The position numbers were made by a program, and so were the translations under genes. Shown here piece after piece: positions 61,558 through 64,000 of a stretch of DNA of 64,000 bases. The notes below the pieces were generated by a model, which saw only the letters and a list, made by a program, of their open reading frames with translations, was not told the DNA's origin and ran no database searches. Origin of the DNA: Penicillus capitatus. Its lineage: Eukaryota > Plantae > Chlorophyta. Positions within the stretch are counted from its first letter, which is position 1, and every line of letters begins with the position of its first letter. The stretch lies in the NCBI GenBank assembly GCA_965649825.1, contig OZ287702.1, forward strand, positions 372,001-436,000, read 5' to 3'.

Positions 61558-62495
61558 GCTGTGATTCGATGCGGTCGTGATGACAACGTTCTCATCACGA
61601 CCTCATCATCGACGTCGATTGGCCCAAACGACGGTCGATCCCACCAACCGGCTATTCTTCATCCGCTGTCGATTTCGTCCAACTGCCAAGCTCTTTCGCA
61701 TTTCTTCGCTGACACCGAGGACTTCGTCTTAGTGAACACAGTTTGTTTGTTCGTGCGTATGTCGACGCCAAAATGCAGCACTTATGAGTTTTCCCTTTAC
61801 GATACTCCTGCCCTGAGCGCCTGTCTCAGAAAACGACCCGTCGCGGCGACGACGCCCGTTCGGCAAAGGAAACTCTTCCGTGTGTCCGTCTACGGCATAC
61901 TCACTCTTCGGCGAAAGTGGAATCCATTCTCATCGAAAACGCTCCATATGGCGAGCGAACTCGAACTCCAACGCTTTACCCGCTGCAACAGTCTGCTAGC
62001 TTCTGTATGATCTGTTTTTGTCTCGACGCGTGTCTGACACTCCTCTGCTGTCTCAGGTGGCTGTGATAGCATAGAGAATGCCACCGATGATAGATGGGGG
62101 GATCTGTGTATCGTCCGTTTTTAAATCTTATGGCATGAGCTGACTGGATCAAGACGCTGAGCCTTGCTTTGATCACCTGAAGCTTATTCTGACAAATGGC
62201 GCATCTGTCGTGTTTGCGTCATCGGCATTGCGTTTGCCGGATATCATGGACATTCTGCTTCACTCTTTCATCAATTTATAAGGCAGATGCGTGACGCTCT
62301 TCTGAGAATGAGCAGTACTTGTCTTTGTAATTTTGACTCGTAGACCATTCAGTAATAGAGGAGCCGTATTTCAGCAGGGAGTTAACTTTTGTCCCTAAAC
62401 GCCGACCCATCGAACGAACGAACATACATCGCTCGCTGTACGGAGAAAATCCTTAAGTACTGCTGTCGCTGTTTGCCGGCTTCTGTGCTGCCGTC

Positions 62496-64000
62496 ATGCG
62501 TTTCAAACTCTTACCCCTTCTCTTTCTCGTCGTTGTTCTGAATCGTTGTGTCGCGCACAATGACCTCGATGCCTGGGTCATGACAGCATCGACTGAAAGT
62601 GTAACGGCACAGCCGCCGGCTTTCTTGTTCTTTGACGCCACGGCAGCGACACCCAGACCCGTTTCAAACGGAGAGCGTTCCTACCATCAAAGCATGTGCT
62701 CATGGAATGCCCGGGATGGCGAATGCGTACCGGACGACTGGTACATCTTTTCACTCGTTGAGCACTCCACCAGCGAACTTGGCCATCTCTATGCTCCCTT
62801 CCTCGTACACGCCCTCTATCAGCTGGCAATGCTGACCTGCAAGGCAATGGTGTTAGGAAATGACATATGAAATGGATACTGTCAAAGAAACACGAGCCAA
62901 GACACTCATGTAATACTCTTCGCCAGAGAGATGCCATACAGACCACCATCTTTTGCAGACAAACATCGTATATGGACAGAATTGCAGAGCATTTGGGACA
63001 CTATGCCTCGTCTCCTTGTTTCAACGATGTCTCCACTTTGTGGCAACTGACGACAAAAAGCAGCACGTGTCGCAATCTGAAGCACAAAACAGATTGCTTT
63101 GCGGAACCGTCCTGCACTTGGTACCCGCCCCACCATAGATGTCCCGTCTCCCTCTTCAAGACGGCCTCCCTGTTAGGTTGTGGAAAAAGAAGAGGTGTGA
63201 TTTGGATTCCTGGTACCTCCTGTACAACATCAAGAGCCAAGGCAATGTACCGAAGAAACTGGGCGATGTAAACCTGTCTCATTCTCCTCCCGAGTGAACG
63301 CAGATGCAAAATGCCAGATTGTCTTGTCATATGCTCAAGAATACATGACGGCTTTCGATGCGAAATTTGGAGAGCTCGTGATGGATGATCATCGATTTGA
63401 TTGGAACACCGTTTTGGAATGGAATATTGACTACTCTTGTCCTTTCAAAGGTCAAGCTCCGGTACCGCGTATGATCTCGGCAGCGGGCAGGTTGAGCGTG
63501 TGTATGGCGTCTTAGGTGTGTGCTTATGCCTTGGGATTTACCAAGATCTTTCCGATATCGATGTACTGTGCGCGAAAGTATCCAAGCTTCTTTCAGCTGC
63601 ACGAATGCCACACGGATCCTCTATGTCAACCCACTGTCAATCCTGGACCTATGTGCGGTCCCTCAGATCATGAGGTTGTCAGATCCAAATCCGAAGCTCT
63701 CTCTGTATCGCTCTCCATTCCAATAGCACTCCTACATCGTCAGAGTCTTTGTAGATTTTTCTCGATGGCATTGAAGACCCCTTCTTAAGGGGAATGTTCA
63801 CGGCAAGTGCCTACTGTGATGCTCACGGTGCACAGCGTGTCTGCGATCGATGCCCAGGTATGGCCATAATACAATGACCTCTTGCCCATGTGCATGTGAC
63901 AGATATGGCTTGTCGGTGGAGCCGCCGTGACGGAGCGTGTGCTGTCAGCCAGAAGTGGGTTGGATCGAAGTTGCGGAAATCGGACGTCACGGATCCTCTC
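62496..64000 (+). CDS. Secreted Cys/Trp-rich repeat protein, spliced, likely continuing past the window end
   Basis: Signal peptide MRFKLLPLLFLVVVLNRCVA; modules such as CSWNARDGECVP and DCFAEPSCTWYPPHHRCP. Confidence 0.6.

Noticed and set aside
61600-62400. Possible gene between ELF1 and the secreted protein
   Set aside because: Only short broken frames with no motif or consistent splice path were found
62844-62887. GC-AG intron in the secreted protein
   Set aside because: A GT donor 6 nt downstream works in the same phase, so it is undecidable and was not counted

Overview
Compact eukaryotic nuclear DNA from a photosynthetic green-lineage organism. Support: nuclear-encoded plastid uL18, a Tat-targeted thylakoid lumen PsbP-family protein, and TGTAA poly(A)-type signals. 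The genetic code is standard. A ulvophyte/siphonous green alga is my guess only. About 33 protein-coding loci are packed with 50-250 bp spacers and many 40-70 nt spliceosomal introns, so the ORF track fragments most genes; I rebuilt gene models by hand from GT/GC-AG junctions and protein homology. Housekeeping genes include DIS3L2, CZIB/DUF866, CHMP1, RPT1, Pumilio, TCP11, DDX49, SCAMP, PDK1, GRIP golgin, Arc1p-like and ELF1. Main highlights: (1) one 5.5 kb gene encoding signal peptide + animal-type heme peroxidase + 3 DOMON + cytochrome b561-like membrane domain + cytosolic cytochrome b5, a candidate self-contained trans-membrane electron wire feeding an extracellular peroxidase; (2) a tandem arsM/AS3MT duplication in which copy 2 has lost a catalytic Cys inside a locally hyper-diverged patch and has lost an N-terminal targeting-like extension; (3) at least four homology-supported GC-AG introns, one splitting an eIF4E-binding motif; (4) a probable Hsp70-NBD/kinase fusion; (5) a coiled-coil protein starting with a Sec16 C-terminal-like motif. 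No rRNA, tRNA, CRISPR or recognisable transposon was found. Gene spans include introns; starts of hypothetical genes are uncertain.
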